Assembly: GCA_030141605.1 (NCBI GenBank)
Contig: JAQGDQ010000867.1
Location: 66,542 to 86,670, forward strand
DNA: 20,129 nucleotides
Direction of reading: 5' to 3'
Origin: Tubiluchus corallicola
Lineage: Eukaryota; Animalia; Priapulida
Shown: positions 10,087-19,885 of the stretch, one piece after another
Numbering within the stretch: the stretch's first letter is position 1
Layout: every line of letters starts with the position of its first letter
Notes under the pieces: model-generated
What the model saw: only the letters and a program-made list of their open reading frames with translations
Database searches by the model: none
Told to the model about the DNA's origin: nothing
Program-made: the position numbers and the translations under genes

Positions 10087-11349
10087 CTATGCGAGTTACT
10101 GTGAGGAGGGGGAAGGAGCATTGAGCTTTCGAGTCCTCCTCCAGATAAGTGAAACAATTGACTATTAACATTACATAGTATTTTCATCAGTTATAACGTA
10201 CATTGGAACAAAATAAGTTTTGTTAGTAATTTAAGATCAGGATGAGTAAAATTGTGAGTTAATTATACCGTTGTAGTAGGTAATTCTTTAATGCTTTTTT
10301 AAATTGATAAAGATTAAAAGCTTTCATTTCACGCGGAATTGTTGACAAATTTTAATAGCATTATATGTTGATGACTGTTTCATTATATTTGTTTTTGGAA
10401 GAGGGAGTACATAGTTTTCGACTGAATATCTTGTGTAATGATCATGTTGATTTGAAACTGGACTAAAGTATGACTGAAAAGCTGGTGGAAGTAGTGAATT
10501 ATGAACTAGTAAGTAGTACATTGTCAATAAAAAGACTTAAAACCAGTCAAACATATTGTAACGATTCCGGGGCCCAACGCGGATTCGTCTCTGGATGTAT
10601 AGAGCGGCATCCATGTTATGAAATACTACAGCAGGCGAGAAGATTTAAAAGATCCGGAATACGAGTGTAAAATAAACTTTACTGCAACACCGGTAACTTC
10701 AAAAAATGACATGTGAACAGACTTTTGTATAAAAATCAGAAAGTCTACAGCATTCACTTCTACCCATTACTAACATTAGGGGGGTTGATCAAAAGAATAT
10801 AAAGAATATAAATGAACGTAATGTAAGAATATAAATGTAGGAATATAAATGAACGTAAAATATATGAAATAATAAATTAAATGTTTAAAATAAATACAAT
10901 AGCCTAGTATGGAAGTTATAATACAAATTATAGTACAAAACCGATATACGGGTTTAGTAAAAACAATTTAAGTTTAACATTTTCAGCAATGAATAATCAT
11001 CGGCGACATGTTGGGTGGAATTGTAGAAATAAAGAAATGTATTAGGTATATGCTTATAATATTATCTTTATTTCGTGCAATTCATTAAACAAATGTACAC
11101 TTTTTAATAGTTAGCAAATGTAGTAAATAAATTATTATTAATGATAATTTATCACCTGGTTAGATTCTACTAAGACTAATTGTTAAAAATTTTTGAATCT
11201 TAACTAAAGCAGCAGTTATAGATCCAAGAAAAGTTCTGCTTTTCTGTGGTCAGGCTCATGCAGGGTCAATTGTTTGACCCAGAAAAGAAATTCATAGCGT
11301 TAAAATTTTACCAGCAATGAGAATCGAATCCAATGTTGCCATAACGCCA

Positions 11350-11727
11350 CTACCATTGTGCAAAATTGAACGAATTACCCCTATGATTACTGTTTTGTCC
11401 GAAGTTGTTCCCGTCAGAGTTGCCACCGTTGAAGCCAAAATTATCCCCGCCATTACCATAACCAAAATTACTGCTGCCGAAGTTATCGCTGTTGTCATAT
11501 CCAGAGCTACCACCACCGCTGCCGTGCCCAGTGGTGGTCCCGCCATCTTCATATCCTGAACTGCTCTTGGTCTTATCAGCATCCTTATCAGCATCCTCAT
11601 CCATTCGAGCAATATTGTTGGCAATGTTGTCAACGAGTTCTTTCAACTCGGGCAAAATGGCTGGGTTGACACACAGGTGCTTCAAATCATGAGGTTGCAA
11701 ACAGGTAGATGGTACCTCTTTGGTAAT
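11350..11727 (-). CDS. Terminal exon encoding a Gly/Asn/Ser/Asp-rich low-complexity peptide with NFG repeats
   Basis: Acceptor TTTTAG| at 11728. Open frame ITKEVPSTCLQPHDLKHLC...DADKDADK...GHGSGGGSSGYDNSDNFGSSNFGYGNGGDNFGFNGGNSDGNNFGQ...W*. Coding-like GC island. Confidence 0.6.
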   Translation of the reverse strand: MTKEVPSTCLQPHDLKHLCVNPAILPELKELVDNIANNIARMDEDADKDADKTKSSSGYEDGGTTTGHGSGGGSSGYDNSDNFGSSNFGYGNGGDNFGFNGGNSDGNNFGQNSNHRGNSFNFAQW

Positions 11728-12224
11728 CTAAAACGTCAGATCGCATTTACAGTAATCATAACGACAACTGATTTACAAATAAAGGTTAAGGGACAAGAAA
11801 AGGGGTACCTGAAGTAGGTTTCAGAAAAATCGCCTTAAAAGTTATAATTACTTTATAGCAATTTTACGCGTACTCACGTTGAAAGGATTTTTTGTTTGTT
11901 TTCATTTTAAATCTATCGCAATACTGTTCTGACCGCGCCATGACGTGACGTCATATACGCACAACATAAATCAGGGGAAGAAAAGAAAATGTTAAATTAT
12001 GTTCCCAGAAAAGTTTCCATGCAAAGTTATATTACTTAGCATTTCCCTTACCTGCCTGAAAGACTTAGGTAACTAGGAAAGAAATTTATTAATTATTTTA
12101 AATGATTTCACCAAATGGTAAAATGTCGTTGACTCACCTCCAGGGTGCGCCACTCGGTAACCAGAAAACGTATTTTTAATCTTACTGACAGAATACAATA
12201 ATTTTTACAATTTTAGTTATTTAG

Positions 12225-12913
12225 TCACGTGTGCGCTACGAATGCTCTGATTATTTTAACTTCAGATTTGCAAGTAAACAAACTTGATAAACAACTGAAG
12301 TCTAATCCAGGACAATCCTGTCGTACATCTTCGGTATTAATACATTCACAAGTGAAATAATATTCTGTTTTCACTAAACCCCCTCCCCCCCACGAACATC
12401 TCTTTCTTCACGTGGTATCCTAGACCACATACCAGTTTATATACGAAGATTGTGAGCTGAGAACCCAAGCCTAGTCATCTGTATTCTATCGAATTCTTTT
12501 ACATCTATTGAAGGATTAACCCTTTCATACCCGTTGTATCCCGTGGGATACGAGAATATCTTCTGCCTTTAAAATTAATAAAATTTTAAAACTGAGAGTT
12601 ATTTGATCTGTTAACAGTTATTTTGATTTAAGCCAATAACAATAGACTAAAAATGGTGATAAAATGGCAAACTAAAAAATCTACGTAGCACAAAAAACTG
12701 CGCAAGGTACAGTACTTTAGAGACGACTTTGTACAGATCAGCATAGCGTGCATACTAAATGTCTTATCAACAGTCGCAAAATGAAGCACATTTTTTGCTT
12801 TTGTTGTGTTTTTAAAAAAGTTTTTCTTATTAAAAAAAATATTTTGGGCTGAAAGGGTTAACAAAAACATCTAATACAGTTAGATTAGCGTTGACAGATC
12901 TGTACACCACAAG
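12225..12913 (-). mobile_element. LINE ORF2 C-terminal remnant split by MITE copy 2
   Basis: Removing the MITE and one TTAA gives LVVYRSVNANLTVLDVFVNPSIDVKEFDRIQMTRLGFSAHNLRI*TGMWSRIPREER...VKTEYYFTCEC, matching the LINE motif TRLRLSSHxLxIETGRWxRxPRExR plus a degenerate CCHC finger. Confidence 0.8.
12520..12857. mobile_element. piggyBac-type non-autonomous element (MITE), copy 2, 338 bp
   Basis: TTAA|CCCTTTCA...TGAAAGGG|TTAA. Same family as 8857-9307 with internal deletions. Confidence 0.9.
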
Positions 12914-13859
12914 CTACTGCAATGCAAATAGAGACACTATATATATATTTTTTTCAATGAGGATTTACCATCATGATATTGCTACAGCTTTTGTAAACTT
13001 ATGTGTATGGTTAGCAAATGTGAATTAACAAGTACCAAATAATGATTGATTATTAATTGATCGGTTTTCGGCGTGCAACTTCCAACTCACAAACATCCTG
13101 GAACAACTTCAAACTCACAAATATCCTGGAATGAACGTGCCAACAAATAATTGTTTTTCCTGTTAATTTCCACAACCTGTTCGGTTAAATACTTTCACTA
13201 TATATTCCACTATTTTTATATATTTTAGATGCATGAATATTTTTCATATACGAGAGATGATGAAGTTGCAAAGTTCCGAAGGCTTAATTAGAGGTCCTTT
13301 TTCGTGAGATACAAACGAATGTCCAACGGACAGTGACATCTAGTGGACTGGTTGGCGGAAAATTTCTGCAAAAAAATAAGATGTCTCGGGCGTGGTCATT
13401 GTCATTATCGTTAATTGTTGTTGTCGTTGTTTTTGTTGTTGTTATTGTTGCTGTTACTCTAAGACTATCCGTATGTATGCGTCAATGTTATTATAGGCCT
13501 GGTACAGCACGAAATACCATTGCTATGATTACTAGATTGAGAATCGAAGGTTCTAATTCGATTCGAACGAGTTTTTTTTAGATGGAATTCGATTATAGGT
13601 TCGAATAATTCAATACTTCAGCCACATGCATTCTTTATCATTAAAATGTTTGAAACAGCATGCAATTAGCATTATTTAGGTGCAGTTTTCATGCAAACTT
13701 TTTGCTAAACTAATAATGGTTTTAATTCACAACAGAATCAAGTAATATGTATGATTTTCGTAAGACCACTTTTTACTAGTGGCTCGAAAACTTGTTCCAA
13801 AAGCTTTCAAACTCAATTCGAATTCGATTCGGATTCGTTTTCTGGTAGAGAATGCTGAC

Positions 13860-14152
13860 CCCTAATGATTACTATGTACTGAACACGATTGTATAATAAA
13901 GTTTTGGTATATATTTGTTTTGTTTACCTGTCCGTACAAAACTGGTTCCGCCTTTTTCCAATTGAAAACATTTCCAGAGTTGATGCAACTTTTACTCAGC
14001 TTAGTAAACTGATTTTCGCTGATGGCCTCATCGTATATATTCAAATCTCGGATCAAACCAAGAAAAGAATCCCCTTGGTATCCCACCGGTTCATCTGCAG
14101 GATTGAAAAACAACCACAGACCTTGTGCATCGTTTAGAGTGCTCGTCATCAT
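13860..14152 (-). CDS. Exon encoding the C-terminal part of a pentraxin (PTX/LamG-like) domain
   Basis: Acceptor TTTTTTTTCATTCGTAG| at 14153. DSFLGLIRDLNIYDEAISENQFTKLSKSCINSGNVFNWKKAEPVLYGQV aligns with the pentraxin consensus SFxGxIxDVNxWDxxLS...GNVxxW...GxV. In-frame TAG at 13864-13862. Confidence 0.7.
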
Positions 14153-14916
14153 CTACGAATGAAAAAAAAACTAATCATTAAAAACGAGCTGTTTTAGCAA
14201 TATGCAAAATATGTAATGTAACATTGCAACAACACAGGTGCAGACTTCTACCTGGGGGGGGGGGTGCATAAGCGTACAGTTCAGTATAATTTAATAAACC
14301 AACGCGATGCATGTACTATGTATCAAATGCTATAATTTATTGTAAAGTCACTCCTGGTTGCCATGACAACTGTAAAACCGAAGGCACGTTAATAACACAA
14401 GAAATAAAGATAGTCTAAACTTTTATTGCACAGATCTAATCAATGGGCCAGATGTGGTTATTTTGTACCTGTCAGTTGTGTGATTTATCTTGAGTAATTC
14501 TAGCAATTTTTTAGTTTTGAGTCACTTTCTATTTTTTGTGAACTTTTCAGCAGTTTTAGACTAGTTTGATATGAATAACGGGGTAAATCGGACAGCATGC
14601 CATTCATGTATAAACGACTCCCTGCTAGAAAAAAATACAAAAATAACACAATACAACAAGCAAATTGTGGAAGCTACAGCCCATTCTAAAATGCTATGTT
14701 TAGTCCTAAGATATAAAGTTAATTAGAATGAATGGCGAATTTTGAAGTTTGATGATATGCAACAGATTTTGCTGTATAGAAACAGAGTTATCTCACCAGC
14801 TTTGTAAATTATCCTACATATCAAAATAAGTGCTTTCAAAACACGTTTTTTTGAAACCTAAGTTGTCTCTTTTCACGTCATATTATGCAAGATGCATACA
14901 AGAACTAAAAAGAAGT

Positions 14917-15230
14917 CTATCCCAATTCACTCCAAAATGGTGATATGGACACTTTTTTTTAATTAAAAAAAAACACCGCAAGATTTTTATTATAAGAACA
15001 ATATCTTCAAAAGATTGGTTATGTATGTGGCCATATAACTACCAAACACAGTTTAGAATAAAAACAAAAATAAGGCTGTCCCAATTCACTCCAAAATGCA
15101 GGGTGATATGGACACTTGTTTTTAATTAAAAAAAACACTGTAAGATTTTTATTATAAGAACAATACCTTCCAAAGATTGGTTATGTATGTGGCCATATAA
15201 CTACCAAATACAATTTAGAATAAAAACAAA
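14917..15230. repeat. Two-copy tandem duplication, period ~159 bp
   Basis: CCCAATTCACTCCAAAATG...TTTAGAATAAAAACAAA occurs at 14921 and 15080 with scattered substitutions and small indels. Confidence 0.9.
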
Positions 15231-15882
15231 CACAAAAACTTACGGCAGTTTGAATTTTAAAACTGTCCCTGTTCACCCGGTTTTACAGCAGGCTAGGAAT
15301 GCTCTAATGTTTTTCGAATTTTATGCAGTATTAGCCGAAAATGCTACAATTTCTTACTCAATAATGGACGATTAAAATTGCTGCCCCTGTCAGCGCGGGT
15401 GTTGCAAATTATGAGTTGAGGTCACTGCTAATACAAGCCCGTGTGCAGTAAGACAGCATGTAGCTTATTCGAAATTTTAAATATGTACTTTCTCTTTTAA
15501 ACTGCCATTCTCACAGAAAACAAGAGATTCGTAGCTTAGTAGTAAGTGAAACGAAAATTGACGTGAAGGAATAATATCGGGTTTACCTTGGGGAGGTAAG
15601 GAATTAACCAGATATGAAATACCATCACACCAGTACGACAACATACACACTAATTCAGAATTCATATATCCACGGCCATATTAATTAAATAATAGTTTTC
15701 TCATTTTTTGTGCATAGTTGTAAATATGTTTGATTTTATTCGTCGTTACTTTCCATTACTGCACAGTAGTTTAGATTGCACTGACGCATTTGCCTTTAGC
15801 AGTGTAAGTTTTTATTAACTAACACTGATTGATCATCTCTGGTAAAGTTTTTATCAGTGATTATCAATGTATTTTAATGGCA

Positions 15883-15913
15883 AATAAAGATTATTTTATA
15901 TATATATATATAT
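15883..15913 (+). repeat. AATAAA plus (TA)n tract abutting the LTR; possibly a LINE tail used as the insertion site
   Basis: AATAAAGATTATTT(TA)n is immediately followed by the LTR terminus TGTTATG. Confidence 0.45.
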
Positions 15914-16158
15914 TGTTATGAGTTGGAATTGGTTACACAAAACATGGTGAATAAACGGAGATGCATTTGCGACATTACTTCATTTTTATTGCCAGTAAAC
16001 ACAAATTAACAAAAACAAAACATCAGGGCTGTCATCCTGAGCAGCCGACATTACTTCCACCTCAATAACAACTCCCTAACTAGGTCAAAAGCAAGTACAG
16101 AACACAGGTGAGAAGCCAACCTGACGCTTAAATTAAAATCGGCAGGCGGGTCATAACA
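15914..16158 (-). repeat. 3' LTR (245 bp)
   Basis: Termini TGTTATGA...TCATAACA. About 97% identical to 19886-20129 by manual comparison. Confidence 0.96.
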
Positions 16159-16170
16159 TCTCACCCCCCA
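16159..16170 (-). other. Polypurine tract
   Basis: Minus strand TGGGGGGTGAGA lies immediately before the 3' LTR. Confidence 0.85.
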
Positions 16171-16201
16171 TAAGAAAAAAAACTGTGTTTTTTGTTTAGG
16201 T

Positions 16202-16423
16202 TTACTTTAAACAGTATCTTGATAAGGTGTCCGCTAACACATTGTCTTTACCCTTGACATGTACAATAATTAAATCATACTGTTGGAGGAACAGACTCCA
16301 TCGCAATAAACGTTGATTCTTATTTCTGAATCTGTGTAAAAATGTCAATGGATTATGGTCCGTAAATACAACAGTGGGTGAGTGATTACAAGTAACATAA
16401 ATCTCGAAATGTTGCATAGCCAA
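16202..16423 (-). pseudogene. C-terminal fragment of Gypsy RNase H, out of frame with the main ORF
   Basis: LAMQHFEIYV...VVFTDHNPLTFL...NQRLLRWSLFLQQYDLIIVHVKGKDNVLADTLSR carries the TDH and NxxADxLSR motifs. Confidence 0.92.
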
Positions 16424-18848
16424 ACTGTGTAAAGAACTTCAGTAAAGCATCAACTACTGCAGCAGCTGTTATCTTCTTTAAAGGTATAGCTTCTGGAAAC
16501 TTCGTAGTCAGATCCATAATAGTAAGAAGATACTGATATCCTGACTTGGTTTTCGGCAGTGGCCCAACACAGTCAATTAGGATTCTGCTGAATGGTTCCT
16601 CAAATATTGGAAGTGGATTAAGTGGAGCTATAGGAATTTTCTGGTTTGGTTTGCCCACCATTTGGCACACGTGACAAGTTTTACAAAATTGAGAAACATC
16701 TTTTCTCAACTTTGGCCAAAAGAAGTGTTGTAAAATTTTATCTTGCGTCTTCTTAACACCTGCGTGTCCGGCTAATGGCAATTCATGGGCTATCTTCATT
16801 AGTTCTTTACGGTAACGTTGTGGTACTACAATTTGGTGGTGTACACGCCAATCTTCATCTGCAGGAGCATCTGGTGGTCTCCACTTTCTCATGAGTACTT
16901 TAGACTGCATGTAGTAGCCTTCTGAAACATTGTCAATTTCCTCTTGTGACGTGACTAGAGAAAAGAGCTTGTTAAGAGAGGGATCATTTGTCTGTGCCTT
17001 AATAAGTTCCTCTTGTTTCAGAGATAATGTTGGTGAATTTTTATCCATCTGTGCGGCAAACGTGTGGCTTAAAGCCGTCGAACCACTTTGGTTCTCTCTT
17101 GGGAAGGTAGACGGTGGTGAACTATCTTTGTCATCCACTTGTTCTGAGCTGCTATCTTTGTTAATCTGAGCCTGTGATCTTGTTACAACACAAGCAGGAA
17201 AAATTCCAGGATGCATTTCTTCAAGAATTTCAGTTTCCGCATCCATTTTTGGCTCAGGAGTGACAATAGGTGTAGCGGTTATAACCTCATCCCCAGCAAC
17301 ATCATTGCCAAGTAATAGGGACACTCCATCTACTGGAATGTGAGAAACAATTCCTACTGTCACGGGACCTTTAACATAGTCCGAATTCAAGTTGATTCTG
17401 TGAAGTGGTACATCTATGTATCCTCCTTCAATACCTTGAATTAAAGCGCTAGCATTTGTATAAGAAGTTTCATCAAGAGGGATTACACCCTGTAATAATA
17501 GTGACTGAGCAGCTCCTGTGTCTCGTAAAATTGTAACAGGTTTAATTGTGTCCACAGACGACACTGGCGACACTTCACCTGACGATAGGAAACTGCTATA
17601 GGTATCTTCTTTTGAAGAATTGTGGGCAAAAGCAACTGGAGAGCCGGCTCGCTGCTTTTGTCGTAAGAGAATCCGACACTCTGATCTGAGATGCCCTTTC
17701 TTGCGGCAATATGCACATGTAGGCCCATCACGTGCATAGCCTCCTCCCGATGCATCTTTATTATCTTGGTGGCGGCCTCCTTTAGAGCTTATAGTTTCTG
17801 AATGAGCAGTTTTTTCTTTTTCTAGAAATTTGAAGCAGTCTGTTTTAACATGACCTTTTTTGTTACAATAGGTGCACTGTACAGATTTAAAATTAGTTTT
17901 ATTTGCTAATTCATAATCATCTGCCATAACAGACGCTTTTTGCAAAGAGTCTACCTTTTGATTCTCCAAATGCGTTTTGATCTGCATAGGGATACTGCTT
18001 TTAAAATCTTCCAGTAAAACCATTTGTCTTAGTTTTTCATAAGATTCCCCAACGTTTAATGAACGACACCATCTGTCTAACATAACTTCTTTATTTCTTG
18101 CAAACTCGACGTAAGTTTGATTTGACGCTTTCCGACTGTTCCTAAATCGTTGGCGATAGGCTTCTGGTACTAATTCATATGCCTTTAGCACAGCGGATTT
18201 CAATTGTTCATAATTTGAACTCTGAGTGGAGGGTAGAGAAGAGTAAATCTCCTGTGCTTTACCTGTAAAACTGCTTTGTAACAATACAGGCCAATGAGCT
18301 TTTGGCCTTTTGAGATTGTTGGCAATTTTCTCAAAGGTTAGAAAAAATATTTCAACATCTGTTTCACTAAATTTAGGTACAAGGCGAATGTTTTTTATAA
18401 CATCAAAAGTTTGGTTATTGGCTTGCTGAGCCCCCAAATTAGTGGATGCTGTTAATAATTCCAGCTCTTTCATCTTAACGTTGTACTCCCTATCCCTTTG
18501 CCTTTCTTTGTCCTGATATTCCAACCTTAATTTTTCAAGTTCCATCCTTTCACGTTCGAGTGCAATTTTTGCTAACTCAAGTTCATTCCTATCTGTTCTA
18601 GTGGGAGTATGCACAGGAATATGAGGAGATTTACTAATTACAGATTTCTCCCCTTCACGTGGTCTAGCTGTTTTCAAAATTTCTGGGTTCCCGAGAATTT
18701 CAATAATTTTTGCTTTTCCAGCACTAGTGGGCAACTCAATATTCAGGTAATCGGCCAGGGCAAGTACATTGTCTTTTGTGAGTTTATCTAATCTGGGCAA
18801 GGTTACCAAGCCCCCTTTCCAAAACATTTCTGGGTCAAATGTCGCCAT
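16386..18848 (-). CDS. Gag (SCAN-like capsid region, two CCHC knuckles) - aspartic protease - truncated integrase polyprotein, 820 aa
   Basis: Capsid text GKAQEIYSSL...YELVPEAYRQRFR; knuckles CTYCNKKGHVKTDC and CAYCRKKGHLRSEC; protease LRDTGA; integrase HHCC (HELPLAGHAG...CKTCHVCQ) and first catalytic Asp (ILIDCVGPLP). The ORF ends 10 codons after the deletion junction. Confidence 0.93.
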   Translation of the reverse strand: MATFDPEMFWKGGLVTLPRLDKLTKDNVLALADYLNIELPTSAGKAKIIEILGNPEILKTARPREGEKSVISKSPHIPVHTPTRTDRNELELAKIALERERMELEKLRLEYQDKERQRDREYNVKMKELELLTASTNLGAQQANNQTFDVIKNIRLVPKFSETDVEIFFLTFEKIANNLKRPKAHWPVLLQSSFTGKAQEIYSSLPSTQSSNYEQLKSAVLKAYELVPEAYRQRFRNSRKASNQTYVEFARNKEVMLDRWCRSLNVGESYEKLRQMVLLEDFKSSIPMQIKTHLENQKVDSLQKASVMADDYELANKTNFKSVQCTYCNKKGHVKTDCFKFLEKEKTAHSETISSKGGRHQDNKDASGGGYARDGPTCAYCRKKGHLRSECRILLRQKQRAGSPVAFAHNSSKEDTYSSFLSSGEVSPVSSVDTIKPVTILRDTGAAQSLLLQGVIPLDETSYTNASALIQGIEGGYIDVPLHRINLNSDYVKGPVTVGIVSHIPVDGVSLLLGNDVAGDEVITATPIVTPEPKMDAETEILEEMHPGIFPACVVTRSQAQINKDSSSEQVDDKDSSPPSTFPRENQSGSTALSHTFAAQMDKNSPTLSLKQEELIKAQTNDPSLNKLFSLVTSQEEIDNVSEGYYMQSKVLMRKWRPPDAPADEDWRVHHQIVVPQRYRKELMKIAHELPLAGHAGVKKTQDKILQHFFWPKLRKDVSQFCKTCHVCQMVGKPNQKIPIAPLNPLPIFEEPFSRILIDCVGPLPKTKSGYQYLLTIMDLTTKFPEAIPLKKITAAAVVDALLKFFTQFGYATFRDLCYL

Positions 18849-19864
18849 AGTTCAGTAATTAGTACAATTACTACAATATAACTTTATGACACAAGCCTAC
18901 CAACTAGCTACACAACGTACTGTACAATACTTAACTTTCAACAATACTGATTAGACACCCCTTGGGCAAGTTATCCGTGGGGGAGCACACGTAAGCGTAA
19001 CAATAGTAGTGCAATTAGCCTAGTAAAAGAAAGCGTTAGGTGATAATTAACAAGATTGCAAATTGTTCACCAAACTGCTTTAAAACAAAATCAATGAGTC
19101 CAATAAATATCATTCGTTTTTTTCCTTTACTACTGCAGTACTTGTGTGGAAATATCTCTGATCAATGTACTGCTTGTCTAGCTGGCTTCCTCACGTGATA
19201 CGAGTTTCGGTGTAGCTTGTACTAATCTGTAGATATACCTGCGACGATTTGACAGTAGCCCCCGACCTATACGTACACGCTTGTAGCCTCAAGGTCGTTA
19301 TCCCTAGTCTAACGCAGCTACTTGGCTCAGTTCCAGGAAACACAGACGATTGTTACCCACAGTATTTTATGCAGAATTCCCTCAACGCAGAATGAAATTT
19401 GTCTCGTTTTTACCCAGAAATTCACAAAAGCATAATCCTGAATTCGAGTATAACGTTTGTGGAAACATTATTCATAGTTCACTTGTAGCAACAGAACTTC
19501 GTGACCTCTACACATTTCTCATGTACTTTAGAGATGCTATATATTAGTATGAAGTTTGTATACTTCCGCATGTTAGCAGCATTTCTCAATAATTCGGAAT
19601 TTTCCAATGAGCGAATATGCGAATATTTCCAGACACTGACAGACGAACAGACAGAGACAGTTCATACTTGATATGATGATAAATCAGACGACGTCAAACA
19701 GTTTGTGTAGAAAAATGAGCCGTAACTTACAGTTTGTCCATTGTCAGCTTTATTAACCGTGGAATTAAGCTTTAGCATCAACAGAAAAAAATTCATCGTT
19801 GTATTCACAGTAATTAAAACGAAAAGCGTCCAGACGAAATTCATTGCAACTCGTCGGTTGATTC

Positions 19865-19882
19865 ATCCCGGACGAGCCCCCA
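19865..19882 (-). other. Primer-binding site, tRNA-Pro
   Basis: Minus strand TGGGGGCTCGTCCGGGAT, 3 nt after the 5' LTR, is the 18-nt complement of the eukaryotic tRNA-Pro 3' end. Confidence 0.93.
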
Positions 19883-19885
19883 CTT

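Larger units (their letters stand above)
11350..14624 (-). pseudogene. Probably disrupted multi-exon gene: pentraxin/LamG-like domain plus Gly/Asn/Ser-rich C-terminus
   Basis: Splice-bounded segments on -: ~14624-14469 (GSRLYMNG..., then stops), 14152-13860 (pentraxin C-terminal part, TAG just before the donor), 13365-12969 (stops and a 28-bp duplication), 12184-12138 (open, GTGAGT donor) and 11727-11350. Possible further exons lie at ~15244-15665. Linking these into one gene is inferred. Confidence 0.5.

Noticed and set aside
10557-10870. TGTAAC-starting GC-rich island followed by degenerate AGAATATAAA repeats; possible LTR fragment
   Set aside because: No matching GTTACA end or TSD, so it is too weak to call.
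11292-11692. Overlapping ORFs in several frames as a multi-coding locus
   Set aside because: Expected shadow ORFs of a GC-richer low-complexity exon. Only one frame follows a good acceptor and reads like a protein.
13333-13581. 82-aa ORF with a poly-Val 'TM helix'
   Set aside because: The hydrophobic run is the translation of an imperfect (GTT)n microsatellite.
13532-13848. Clusters of TTCGA/GAATC motifs at both ends, suggesting a hAT-like MITE
   Set aside because: No clean TIR pair or TSD. Possibly an old element, but not supportable.
16930-18791. Short ORFs overlapping the retrotransposon ORF (16930-17169, 17483-17755, 18609-18791)
   Set aside because: Antisense or alternate-frame shadows with no recognisable motifs.
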